Shown: piece by piece, positions 30,305 through 39,280 of the stretch
Position numbering within the stretch: the first letter of the stretch is position 1
Layout: each line of letters starts with the position of its first letter
Assembly (NCBI GenBank): GCA_937944295.1
Contig: CALDZL010000142.1
Location: 187-64,186 of the forward strand
From: an uncultured Sphingorhabdus sp.
Lineage (GTDB): Bacteria > Pseudomonadota > Alphaproteobacteria > Sphingomonadales > Sphingomonadaceae
Reading direction: 5' to 3'
Length of the DNA stretch: 64,000 bases
The notes under the pieces: generated by a model
The model's database searches: none
What the model was told of the DNA's origin: nothing
What the model saw: the letters and a program-made list of their open reading frames with translations, nothing else
Program-made: the position numbers and the translations under genes

Positions 30305-31228
30305 TTAATGGCGATATTGTGAAGGGCTTAAACCAAATTTACCAGCAAAAGCACGCGTGAAAGCGGCTGGCGATTGATAGCCAATTTTTTCTGCCACTTG
30401 TTGCACTGATATATTACTCTCATCCAAGAGAAATAGAGCTTTTTGTAAACGCCAATCGGACAGGTAAGACATTGGTCCTTGACCGATAAGGTCAGCAAAT
30501 TTATCCGCAAAGCTGCTGCGTGACATACCAACTTCTTTTGCTAGACTCTTTACTGTCCAATGTGAAGATGGGGCATTATGTAACAAAGATAGTGCTTTGC
30601 TAACATGTGGGTCTTGAAAACCTTTTAAAATTGGTTTTATGTCCTTCTGTTCCTCTATTGCCATCCGTAATATCTCAATAAACATCACTTCCGATAAGCG
30701 TTTAACCGATGCGTCAGAACCGACATGACCTGAGAACATCTGCCGTGAAATAAGACGCAATATATCGTCAAGCCAAGGGTTTTGAGCACGCTCTGATGCA
30801 GTTAACAACAAATAATCAGGCAGAGCCCGTAACATTGGATGGTCGGCATTTTCCCTAAAAGTAAAATGGCCGCAAATGAGTTGCGTACTTGCAGATTTGT
30901 CACCCTCGCCGATGATCAAAACACCTTCACCATCATATCCAGCTTGTTCTAATACTGTCTCTAATGGCGGTGCGCATTCTACTGGACTATCGGATAATAT
31001 GTGAGTCTGCCCTCGCGGTATAAGGATTAAATCGCCAGAGTTCAGCACGATATTAGGTTCATTGGGTAGGGCAATGGTGCATTGTCCTTGCACTACAAGA
31101 TGAAAACGAGCCGCCGTTTCCAATATCGGTACGGTCACAGACCATGGAGCCGAAAAATCAGTTCTGAAGTATAAAGCTCCATTCAGGTCGAGTGTGTCAA
31201 GTATGTCATTTAAAATATCCATATCCAC
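30305..31228 (-). CDS. AraC family regulator with Cupin_6 N-terminal domain (RclR-like architecture)
   Basis: APWSV, FHLVVQG, LICGHF; C-terminal WTVKSLA, GMSRSSFA, GYQSPAAFTRAF. Confidence 0.92.
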   Translation of the reverse strand: MDMDILNDILDTLDLNGALYFRTDFSAPWSVTVPILETAARFHLVVQGQCTIALPNEPNIVLNSGDLILIPRGQTHILSDSPVECAPPLETVLEQAGYDGEGVLIIGEGDKSASTQLICGHFTFRENADHPMLRALPDYLLLTASERAQNPWLDDILRLISRQMFSGHVGSDASVKRLSEVMFIEILRMAIEEQKDIKPILKGFQDPHVSKALSLLHNAPSSHWTVKSLAKEVGMSRSSFADKFADLIGQGPMSYLSDWRLQKALFLLDESNISVQQVAEKIGYQSPAAFTRAFAGKFGLSPSQYRH

Positions 31229-31290
31229 ATTATATATCTTTGCGATTCATCCATCAATATAGAAAATATTAGCTATTTGACTGTAATGCT

Positions 31291-31304
31291 TTGCAGATCG
31301 TCCA
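31291..31304. promoter_or_regulatory. Inverted copy of the same motif upstream of araC (putative autoregulatory site)
   Basis: TTGCAGATCGTCCA = reverse complement TGGACGATCTGCAA, 13/14 identical to the copy at 30281. Confidence 0.55.
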
Positions 31305-31489
31305 GATCTATTATTATTTCATAATACTCCAGATTAATAGGAATACTTTTCATATCTCCGTCAATAATTAGGGTGATTAATGAAAAAGTTAAATTTCCTA
31401 ACGCCGTGTTAACCATCTATTAGCATATTTTGTTCATTACTTTCTTATCAAGCTTTCTAAGCATGCATTTATGATGAGGAAAATACGCA

Positions 31490-33160
31490 ATGACCAAGGA
31501 AAACAGCGCATCTAAAGTGGTCCAAAATGATCCCTATAATGTTGACGTAGCCATTATTGGAGCAGGGCCAGCAGGTTTAACCGCAGCCTATTTGCTGTCC
31601 AAAAAAGGATATAGCGTCACCGTCATCGAAAAGGATGAACATTATGTTGGCGGTATTAGCCGCACCGTAGAATATGAAGGTTTCCGATTTGATATTGGTG
31701 GTCATCGTTTCTTTTCCAAATCAAAAGAAGTCGTCGACTTGTGGAATGAAATCTTACCCGATGATTTTATTCAGCGCCCCCGTATGAGCCGTATCTATTA
31801 TGAAGGCAAATTTTACAGCTATCCTCTGCGGGCCTTTGAGGCTTTATGGAATCTGGGTATTTTTCGATCTACATTGTGCATGATTAGCTATGTTAAAGCC
31901 CGTATTTTCCCGAACAAAAATATCAAAAGCTTTGAAGATTGGACCGTTAATCAATTTGGTCACAAACTTTATTCCATCTTTTTCAAGACCTATACCGAAA
32001 AAGTATGGGGCATGCCTTGCGATGAAATGTCATCCGATTGGGCAGCGCAGCGCATCAAAGGTCTATCGCTATGGAGCGCAGTGGTCGATGGATTAAAACG
32101 TTCATTAGGTTTGAACAAAAAGCCCAATGACGGCATGGAAACCAAAACCTTGCTCGAAACATTTCGTTATCCGCGCCTTGGCCCTGGTATGATGTGGGAT
32201 GCAGCCCGTGATTTTGTTTTGGCCAAAGGCAATACTGTCTTAATGGGCCATGGCTTGAAACAATTGGCCCAAGATACACAGGGCAATTGGCGAATGAGCG
32301 CATCAAAGGCCGATGGTAGCGAAACTATTATTACAGCCAAACATGTGGTTAGTAGCGCGCCCATGCGTGAGCTATCCGCTCGTATTCATCCTTTGCCAGC
32401 AAGCAGCTTTCAGTCTGATAAATTACGCTATCGTGATTTCTTAACCGTAGCTTTGATGATTAAATCAGAAGATTTGTTTCCTGATAATTGGATTTATATC
32501 CATGATAGCAAGGTGCAAGTCGGCCGTGTGCAAAATTTCCGCAGCTGGTCGCCTGAGATGGTACCTGATAAGAATATCGCTTGTGTCGGCCTAGAATATT
32601 TCTGTTTTGAAAATGATGGTCTCTGGTCATCAAGCGATGAAGATTTAATCACACTTGCTAAAAAAGAAATGGCTATCCTTGGTCTATGCGACCCGCAAGA
32701 TGTTGTCGGCGGTAGCGTGGTTCGCCAAGAAAAAGCATATCCTGTTTATGATGATGATTATGCGGCCAATGTTGAAGAAATGCGCAGCGAGCTAGAAGAA
32801 AAATATCCTAATCTTCATATGGTCGGACGCAACGGGATGCACCGATATAATAATCAAGATCATGCCATGATGACGTCTATGTTAACCGTTGAAAATATTG
32901 AAGCTGGTGAACGTATCTATAATATCTGGAACGTCAATGAAGACGCCGAATATCATGAGAGTGGTGATGAAGGCGATCAAGCAAAAATCACCAGTGAGAT
33001 ATTGCGAGAAGCTGATAAGATCATCGCACAAGGGGCCAATAAAAATAAGGATCTAAATATAAATATTGGTCAACTCACCCCTGATCAAATTGAAGCGCTT
33101 AAATCTATACGCGATGTACCAAAACATATTTCTAAAGGTGATGATTCGAAAGCTGCGTAA
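31490..33160 (+). CDS. FAD-dependent oxidoreductase (PRK07208-type; protoporphyrinogen oxidase/UDP-galactopyranose mutase-like fold)
   Basis: [48 protein letters not shown]. Confidence 0.85.
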   Translation: MTKENSASKVVQNDPYNVDVAIIGAGPAGLTAAYLLSKKGYSVTVIEKDEHYVGGISRTVEYEGFRFDIGGHRFFSKSKEVVDLWNEILPDDFIQRPRMSRIYYEGKFYSYPLRAFEALWNLGIFRSTLCMISYVKARIFPNKNIKSFEDWTVNQFGHKLYSIFFKTYTEKVWGMPCDEMSSDWAAQRIKGLSLWSAVVDGLKRSLGLNKKPNDGMETKTLLETFRYPRLGPGMMWDAARDFVLAKGNTVLMGHGLKQLAQDTQGNWRMSASKADGSETIITAKHVVSSAPMRELSARIHPLPASSFQSDKLRYRDFLTVALMIKSEDLFPDNWIYIHDSKVQVGRVQNFRSWSPEMVPDKNIACVGLEYFCFENDGLWSSSDEDLITLAKKEMAILGLCDPQDVVGGSVVRQEKAYPVYDDDYAANVEEMRSELEEKYPNLHMVGRNGMHRYNNQDHAMMTSMLTVENIEAGERIYNIWNVNEDAEYHESGDEGDQAKITSEILREADKIIAQGANKNKDLNINIGQLTPDQIEALKSIRDVPKHISKGDDSKAA

Positions 33161-33586
33161 ATGATCGTTGAACCAAACCCATCGTTAATTCAAAAGCTTG
33201 TTACATATTGGGATAGTTTAACCTTTGCCCGTTATTTTGGAGCAAGCGTGATAGCTCTAATCATTGATATCATTATCTATAGCAGTGCTATTTTCCTCTC
33301 TGTAGCACCATCTATAGCATCGGCCATAGGCTACAGCGTTGGTATCATTGTCCATTGGGGCATGAGCAGTAATTTTGTGTTCATAGGTAAGAAAAGGCAA
33401 GGCACAAAGTTACAGTTACAACGTATTTTATTCGCTGGTTCAGCTTTACTGGGCTTGGGCATTACGATCACTACTGTGCAGATATTAACCAGTGCAGATA
33501 TTGGTCCATTGATTGCTAAAATGTGCGCGATTATCATAAGCTTCTTTACCGTTTATATGGTGCGTAAGTGGGGAGTGTTTAGATGA
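33161..33586 (+). CDS. GtrA family membrane protein (putative lipid-linked sugar flippase)
   Basis: Four TM helices, ARYFGAS, S..FVF, AK, RKWGVFR. Confidence 0.87.
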   Translation: MIVEPNPSLIQKLVTYWDSLTFARYFGASVIALIIDIIIYSSAIFLSVAPSIASAIGYSVGIIVHWGMSSNFVFIGKKRQGTKLQLQRILFAGSALLGLGITITTVQILTSADIGPLIAKMCAIIISFFTVYMVRKWGVFR

Positions 33587-34959
33587 CTATTGCTATTGAC
33601 CCAAAAGAGTTTTCCGAAAACAATCGATTGGATATCATGAAAGCAGCACTCACAACCACTGATATGAAGCGGTTTTGGAACTGGCTTCTTATATGGGTAG
33701 TGCTTACCAATATTGGTTTTGCGACATTATGGTTTTTTGGTGCACCGCCTCGCATGCAAGAAATTTTAATCGCGGGTTTTGTTGGTTTGATTGCTAGAAA
33801 ATTAAGCTTTGCACTGCGCTATTTTGCATTTATTAGCGTAATGACATGGTCAGTGCTTACATTTTTGGGTGGTTTATTTAATCTCACCCCTCAATCACTT
33901 TTCTATTCGATTGGTTTTTTAACCGAAATTAAACCAAGCGATTCTATCGAATATTTATTTGTATCTGCCGCTATTGTTATAATATTTTTCATTGCTTACC
34001 GGCTGATGCATCGTGATGCTGATTTTAAAAATATCTGGCTCAATATTGCTGGCGCTGCTGCTATTATTAGCGTCACCAGCATAGACATCTATATGGGCAA
34101 AGACATGCGCGGCCATTATTTCCGTAGTCCTCCACCAGGCGCTGCTTTTTCCTCAGCACGCGAACAATCTGGTTTTGCCATAAATGCTGATGGTAGCCGT
34201 CATTTGGTATTAATCATGGTCGAGTCTTTGGGTGTTCCGTATAATAACCCTACTATGTCCGATAAATTATTTGCTTTTTATAAACGGAATCCTGATATCA
34301 CACAGCGTTACGATATTCACGAGGGGACATCGCCCTATTATAACAGCACAACGGCTGGGGAAGTGCGCGAACTTTGTGGGCGCTGGGGTGATTATTATGA
34401 ATTGGTTGATAGTAAAGATTCAAGCTGCTTACCAGCAATTATGGCGCAAAAAGGCTATGACACGCATGCGATGCACAGTTTTAAGGCCCCATTTTTCAAG
34501 CGTGAGACATGGTATCCCAATATTGGCTTTCAAAGCCAAGAATTTAGCAATGATTTAAAGGAAAAAGGTGCTGCGAGTTGTGCTGGCGTATTTCCTGGGG
34601 CTTGTGATCGTGATATACCCAAACAATTAGCAGCGCATCTTAAAAATGCAGATAAACCGCAATTTCTCTATTGGTTGACGCTCAATGCGCATTTACCTGT
34701 ACCATCCGATAAGAGTTTAGAGGTTGATAATTGTGAGAAAGTGTCTCCTTTTTTAGCAGAGAATTTTCCGATGATTTGTCGGCAATTTGCTATATTTGAT
34801 GCGGTGGATAAGGCTCTGGTAAAAGAAATAACGGCAAAGGACTTTCCAAAAAGTGATATATTGATTGTGGGCGATCATATGCCGCCTTATTTTGATCGAC
34901 ACCATCGCACGCAATTTGACCCAGAGCGTGTGCCATGGTTATATCTTAAAGCAAGATAA
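33583..34959 (+). CDS. Membrane-anchored alkaline-phosphatase-superfamily protein (LtaS/EptA/sulfatase-like)
   Basis: About 5 N-terminal TM helices; LIMVESLG, STT, AMHS, TLNAHLP, IVGDH. Confidence 0.75.
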   Translation: MTIAIDPKEFSENNRLDIMKAALTTTDMKRFWNWLLIWVVLTNIGFATLWFFGAPPRMQEILIAGFVGLIARKLSFALRYFAFISVMTWSVLTFLGGLFNLTPQSLFYSIGFLTEIKPSDSIEYLFVSAAIVIIFFIAYRLMHRDADFKNIWLNIAGAAAIISVTSIDIYMGKDMRGHYFRSPPPGAAFSSAREQSGFAINADGSRHLVLIMVESLGVPYNNPTMSDKLFAFYKRNPDITQRYDIHEGTSPYYNSTTAGEVRELCGRWGDYYELVDSKDSSCLPAIMAQKGYDTHAMHSFKAPFFKRETWYPNIGFQSQEFSNDLKEKGAASCAGVFPGACDRDIPKQLAAHLKNADKPQFLYWLTLNAHLPVPSDKSLEVDNCEKVSPFLAENFPMICRQFAIFDAVDKALVKEITAKDFPKSDILIVGDHMPPYFDRHHRTQFDPERVPWLYLKAR

Positions 34960-34972
34960 AGACAGATATTTT

Positions 34973-36769
34973 ATGAAAAGCCATAATCCGTTTGATGAGA
35001 AACCAACAGGGATTGTGTGGCAAGTATGTCTTGTCGCAGCACTATCTTCATTAATCTATATTTTTGATAGTTTTGACCCCATCTATTCACGTGCAGGATG
35101 GGGTCCTGATGATCAATTGCGTCTGGTGCAAATCCGTGATTTCTTAAATGGTCAAAGTTGGTTTGATTGGACGCAATATCGCATGAATGTTCCCGATGGG
35201 GCCCCTATGCATTGGTCGCGTCTTATCGAGTTACCCATTATGTTTTTAATTGTAATTTTCACGCCACTATTTGGTCAAGATATTGCAGAGATGATAGCGG
35301 GGTCGCTAATTCCTCTATTAGGAATTACACTCACATCTTATATGCTAGGCCGCATAGCGCTGTCACTTTGGAATCGCCAAGCTGCTATATCTGCTGTCAT
35401 ATTGACATGGGTTAATCCCTCTATTGTTTTTCAATTCCGGCCCATGCGTATCGATCATCACGGTTGGCAAATCATGCTAGCTACATTGGCATTATGGAGC
35501 ATGTTTTGGCCGAGTAAGAAACGTGGCGGCATAATATTAGGCATAGCATTAGCGACTTGGCTGCATATTTCTCTGGAAGGGTTACCAATAACAGCAGCAT
35601 TTTTCATTTTACTGGGATGGCGCTGGATTATAGAAAAAGCCCATGGGCAAAGATTAATATGGACTATCGCTTCCTTTACCGTGACGACACTAATACTGTA
35701 TATCATAACGCAAGGTCTACCTTTTGGAGCAACACCATATTGCGACTCTATGTCGCCGCCTTATATAGCTGCAACCTCTATTGCTGCTTTAATCATGTTA
35801 ATCTCCATCAATACAACACCAGATAAAAGATGGATAAGACTCTTGTCAGCGATATTTGCTGGAATGTCTGCTCTGGCAATATTATTTTATCTAGCGCCGC
35901 AATGTAGTGGCGGAGCCTTTGCCCAATTAGATCCATTGGTACATGATTATTGGTATATGAATATCAGTGAGGGCCTGCCTATTTGGCGTCAAAAATTACA
36001 TATTATCTTATTATCAGTCACAATGGTTTGTATCGCTATTATAGCTCTATTTAACGTAATTCCTAAAATAAGCTATAGTTCGCGTGGGAACCTCTATACA
36101 ATGGGTTTTTTCCTTATTTATGCTATATCTATATCTTGCTTTGTATTTCGTACTATTACCGTAGCTAATGCATTCGCACTCCCGTTAGTTGCAATCATTT
36201 TATCAGAGATATTTGAGGCCTATCGGCGTTCTCCTCATCTTATAAAACGCCTCGGTATGATTTGTGCTATGTTTTTCATAGCAATTTCAGGGCAATTATT
36301 GAGTACCTTGGCCTATCATATGACATCTGCTGATGGCGAAAATAAAATTCAAAATTCTATAACCAATGAAACCCCTGCGATCAATTGCAAGAGCGTGCAG
36401 GGTATAGAGGCACTGAATAGGCTGCCAGTGCCATCACATATTATGGCTCCGTTCAATCTTGGACCTTTGATATTGCTGAATAGCAAGCACAATATCGTAG
36501 CCAGTAGTCATCACCGTAATGAGGGAGCAATGCGCGATCAAATAGCAACCATGATTGGAAGCCCCGATGATGCTATTACTATCCTAAAAAAACGGAATAT
36601 TGAGTATATTGTGGCATGTTCAGCGTCTGTTGAATGGAGTAATTATCAAAGAAAGCATCAAGGTAGCCTTGCGGATTTATTGTTGCAAGAGAAACCACCA
36701 AATTGGTTAAAACCTATATCAGGCAATGGTGAATTGATGATTTGGCGGGTCGATTTACCCTCGTCTTGA
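34973..36769 (+). CDS. Polytopic GT-C-fold protein resembling STT3/PglB/AglB oligosaccharyltransferases
   Basis: GPDD..R....FD......P.G...W loop, RIDHH, about 12-13 TM helices, soluble C-terminal domain. Confidence 0.6.
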   Translation: MKSHNPFDEKPTGIVWQVCLVAALSSLIYIFDSFDPIYSRAGWGPDDQLRLVQIRDFLNGQSWFDWTQYRMNVPDGAPMHWSRLIELPIMFLIVIFTPLFGQDIAEMIAGSLIPLLGITLTSYMLGRIALSLWNRQAAISAVILTWVNPSIVFQFRPMRIDHHGWQIMLATLALWSMFWPSKKRGGIILGIALATWLHISLEGLPITAAFFILLGWRWIIEKAHGQRLIWTIASFTVTTLILYIITQGLPFGATPYCDSMSPPYIAATSIAALIMLISINTTPDKRWIRLLSAIFAGMSALAILFYLAPQCSGGAFAQLDPLVHDYWYMNISEGLPIWRQKLHIILLSVTMVCIAIIALFNVIPKISYSSRGNLYTMGFFLIYAISISCFVFRTITVANAFALPLVAIILSEIFEAYRRSPHLIKRLGMICAMFFIAISGQLLSTLAYHMTSADGENKIQNSITNETPAINCKSVQGIEALNRLPVPSHIMAPFNLGPLILLNSKHNIVASSHHRNEGAMRDQIATMIGSPDDAITILKKRNIEYIVACSASVEWSNYQRKHQGSLADLLLQEKPPNWLKPISGNGELMIWRVDLPSS

Positions 36770-36823
36770 TAAGTAATGTAAATCGGTTTATTATTATAAG
36801 AGGATAATATTGGGAATGATATT

Positions 36824-37195
36824 ATGGCTAAAATAACAGGATTAGGTGGTGTTTTTTATGTAGCCAAAGATCCAAAAGCAACGCGCCAATGGTACAGCGA
36901 AATATTGGGGGTGGGTGGCGATTATGGCCCGCAGTTCAATTGGTCAGAGGAAACAGGTGATAAACCCTACAGCTTGATTAGTCATTTTTCAGATGACGCA
37001 TATCTAAAGCCCAGCAATGCGACTTTTATGATAAATTTACGTGTTGATGATTTGGATGAATTTGTCAAACAGTTAAAAATAAAAAATGTCGAGATATTAG
37101 GCCATGTTGATGAAGGCTATGGCAAATTTGCGTGGATTATGGACCCTAATAATGTCAAAATTGAATTGTGGCAGCAGGTTATGGCTCCCGATTGA
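36824..37195 (+). CDS. VOC/glyoxalase family protein
   Basis: ITGLGGVF, FMINLRVDDL, YGKFAWIMDPNNVKIELW. Confidence 0.88.
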   Translation: MAKITGLGGVFYVAKDPKATRQWYSEILGVGGDYGPQFNWSEETGDKPYSLISHFSDDAYLKPSNATFMINLRVDDLDEFVKQLKIKNVEILGHVDEGYGKFAWIMDPNNVKIELWQQVMAPD

Positions 37196-37230
37196 TTAAT
37201 CATAATTTTAAAAAATATGCGTAATAAAAA

Positions 37231-37740
37231 TTATGCTTCAACCAAGTCATTGACCCAAAACAGCATAGCATCACCATTCATGCAATAGCGTTTGCCCGTC
37301 GGCCGTGGCCCATCAGAAAATACATGCCCCAGATGCCCGCCACAATCTGCACAGTGGATTTCTGTACGTGGATAGCCAATGTTATAATCTATTTTTTGGC
37401 CAACAGCATCATTTAGTGGCTGCCAAAAACTAGGCCATCCTGTACCGCTTTCATATTTATGACGGGAAGAAAAAAGGCGATTCTCACACCCTGCACATAC
37501 ATAGATACCAGTGCGTTCCTCAGCATTTAGAGCGCTGCTACCAGGATATTCAGTTGCGGACTCGCGCAAAACAGCATATTGTTTAGCGCTTAACTCATTG
37601 CGCCATTGTGCATCACTTTTAACAATACGAAATGAATCAGCAGCAACCGCTTCACTTGGCCTGAGCGATTGGAAAGCAATGCCTCCAACTAAAGCAAGTG
37701 TTCCACCAGCAAATAATAATTCTCGCTTTGAAATTTCCAT
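37231..37740 (-). CDS. msrB: Peptide-methionine (R)-S-oxide reductase with export signal
   Basis: CAGC and CADC zinc motifs, SGTGWPSF, HLGHVFSDGPRPTGKRYCMN. Confidence 0.95.
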   Translation of the reverse strand: MEISKRELLFAGGTLALVGGIAFQSLRPSEAVAADSFRIVKSDAQWRNELSAKQYAVLRESATEYPGSSALNAEERTGIYVCAGCENRLFSSRHKYESGTGWPSFWQPLNDAVGQKIDYNIGYPRTEIHCADCGGHLGHVFSDGPRPTGKRYCMNGDAMLFWVNDLVEA

Positions 37741-37851
37741 TTAAACCTCTTACGCATTTAAATATATCATATAATGATTAAATTAACTCAGACATATGAT
37801 TAAATGGTAAATCCATTTCCATACATGCTTATTTTACACCATTATATTCGA

Positions 37852-39105
37852 TTAATATGTACTCAAAGTTACATTCATCTTTTTATATCCATGGACAAAG
37901 CAAGCGGCAACGCGTTCCACTGGCCCATCGACATTAGCACGATATCGTCTCGTAGCCATCTCTTCGAGCAAAATTCTAATCTGGAGTTCAGCCAAACGTG
38001 CGCCAACACAGCGGTGAATGCCATAGCCAAAGGATAGATGGCGGCGCGCATTCTCACGATCCACAATGAGCTTATCTGGATTTTCAAACACGCTTTCATC
38101 GCGATTAGCCGACAAATACCATAGGCCCAATTTGTCGCCCTCGCATATTTGTTGTCCAAATAGATCATAGTCTTGCAATGCGGTGCGGCGCATATGTGCC
38201 AATGGTGTTTGCCAACGGATAATTTCGCTCACAGCATTAGGGATGAGTTCAGGTTTTCGCTCTAATTTTTCGCGTTCATCGGGAAATTGGTTTAATCCAT
38301 AAACATAGCCCGACATACTGTTTCTGGTGGTGTCGTTACCTCCGACGATCAATAATATTAAATTGCCGATATATTCCAAATGGGTCATATCGCGCATACC
38401 ACTATGCACCATGCGCGATATCAAATCGGGTGCTTCCCCTTTTTTGAGGCGTTCATCCCAGAGATTTTGGAAATAAGCCCCCATTTCGAGCATCATGGCC
38501 ATACGTTCGGAACGTTTGCTATCATCCATTGCCAGTTCCACATCGCCCGCCCAATCCGACCATAATGTCAATTTACGCCGATCTTCCCAAGGAAAATCAA
38601 ATAGAATAGCAAGCATTTGCGTGGTAAGTTCTATCGATACTTTGTCGACCCAATCAAAGCTTTCTCCGATGGGCAGGCTATCCAGCACTTCAGCCGTGCG
38701 CACCCGAATATCATCGCTCATACGTGTCATTTCAGCAGGCGTAAAAGCAGGGGCAATTACGCGTCTTTCAGCGGTATGTTCTGGCCTATCCATAGCAATG
38801 AACATGGGCAAAATAAAAGGTGTCCCATCAGGTAACGTCTCTTTTAGATCAGGTAAAAGAGTGATGCCGCCATGTTGATAGCTGGATGAAAATATATCAG
38901 GTAATGCTTCGACATGCTGAATAGCTTTTGGCGTTGTCACGTTCCAATAATCACCAAGATGCGAATCTTGGACAAAATTTATCGGTGCAGTCTCTCGCAT
39001 TTCTTTGAATATAGGACCCCAGCGATCTTCGGTATATATCTCGGGTTTGCTAACGTCCCAATGTTTTGGCGTTTGATGCCCGCGCACTTCCAATTGTGTA
39101 GCCAT
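37852..39105 (-). CDS. Cytochrome P450, CYP153-like alkane/fatty-acyl terminal hydroxylase
   Basis: MFIAMDRPEH, LLIVGGNDTTRNS, EIIRWQTPLAHMRR, FGYGIHRCVG; GAGGAG RBS. Confidence 0.92.
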   Translation of the reverse strand: MATQLEVRGHQTPKHWDVSKPEIYTEDRWGPIFKEMRETAPINFVQDSHLGDYWNVTTPKAIQHVEALPDIFSSSYQHGGITLLPDLKETLPDGTPFILPMFIAMDRPEHTAERRVIAPAFTPAEMTRMSDDIRVRTAEVLDSLPIGESFDWVDKVSIELTTQMLAILFDFPWEDRRKLTLWSDWAGDVELAMDDSKRSERMAMMLEMGAYFQNLWDERLKKGEAPDLISRMVHSGMRDMTHLEYIGNLILLIVGGNDTTRNSMSGYVYGLNQFPDEREKLERKPELIPNAVSEIIRWQTPLAHMRRTALQDYDLFGQQICEGDKLGLWYLSANRDESVFENPDKLIVDRENARRHLSFGYGIHRCVGARLAELQIRILLEEMATRRYRANVDGPVERVAACFVHGYKKMNVTLSTY

Positions 39106-39136
39106 AGTGAATCTCCTCAATTAAGCAGAATGACCA

Positions 39137-39156
39137 TATTTACACCAATGTCAATA
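39137..39156. promoter_or_regulatory. Imperfect palindrome TATTTACA-CCAA-TGTCAATA overlapping a TTGACA -35 box of the P450 promoter
   Basis: 7 of 8 arm positions complementary; minus-strand TTGACA about 50 bp upstream of ATG. Confidence 0.45.
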
Positions 39157-39280
39157 ATAGGTTGCGATACGCAACTGTAGTAAAAACTCAAAATGAGGTT
39201 CAAATAATCTTATGACTGGTCTGACGCACCGGATCGTCTCTTTATATATGAAGCCAATTGTGTATATTTACTAAAAGCAG

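Noticed and set aside
31375-31425. CtrA-like boxes (TTAACCATCTATTAG) upstream of the glycosylation operon
   Set aside because: Imperfect match in very AT-rich DNA; cannot be distinguished from chance without conservation data
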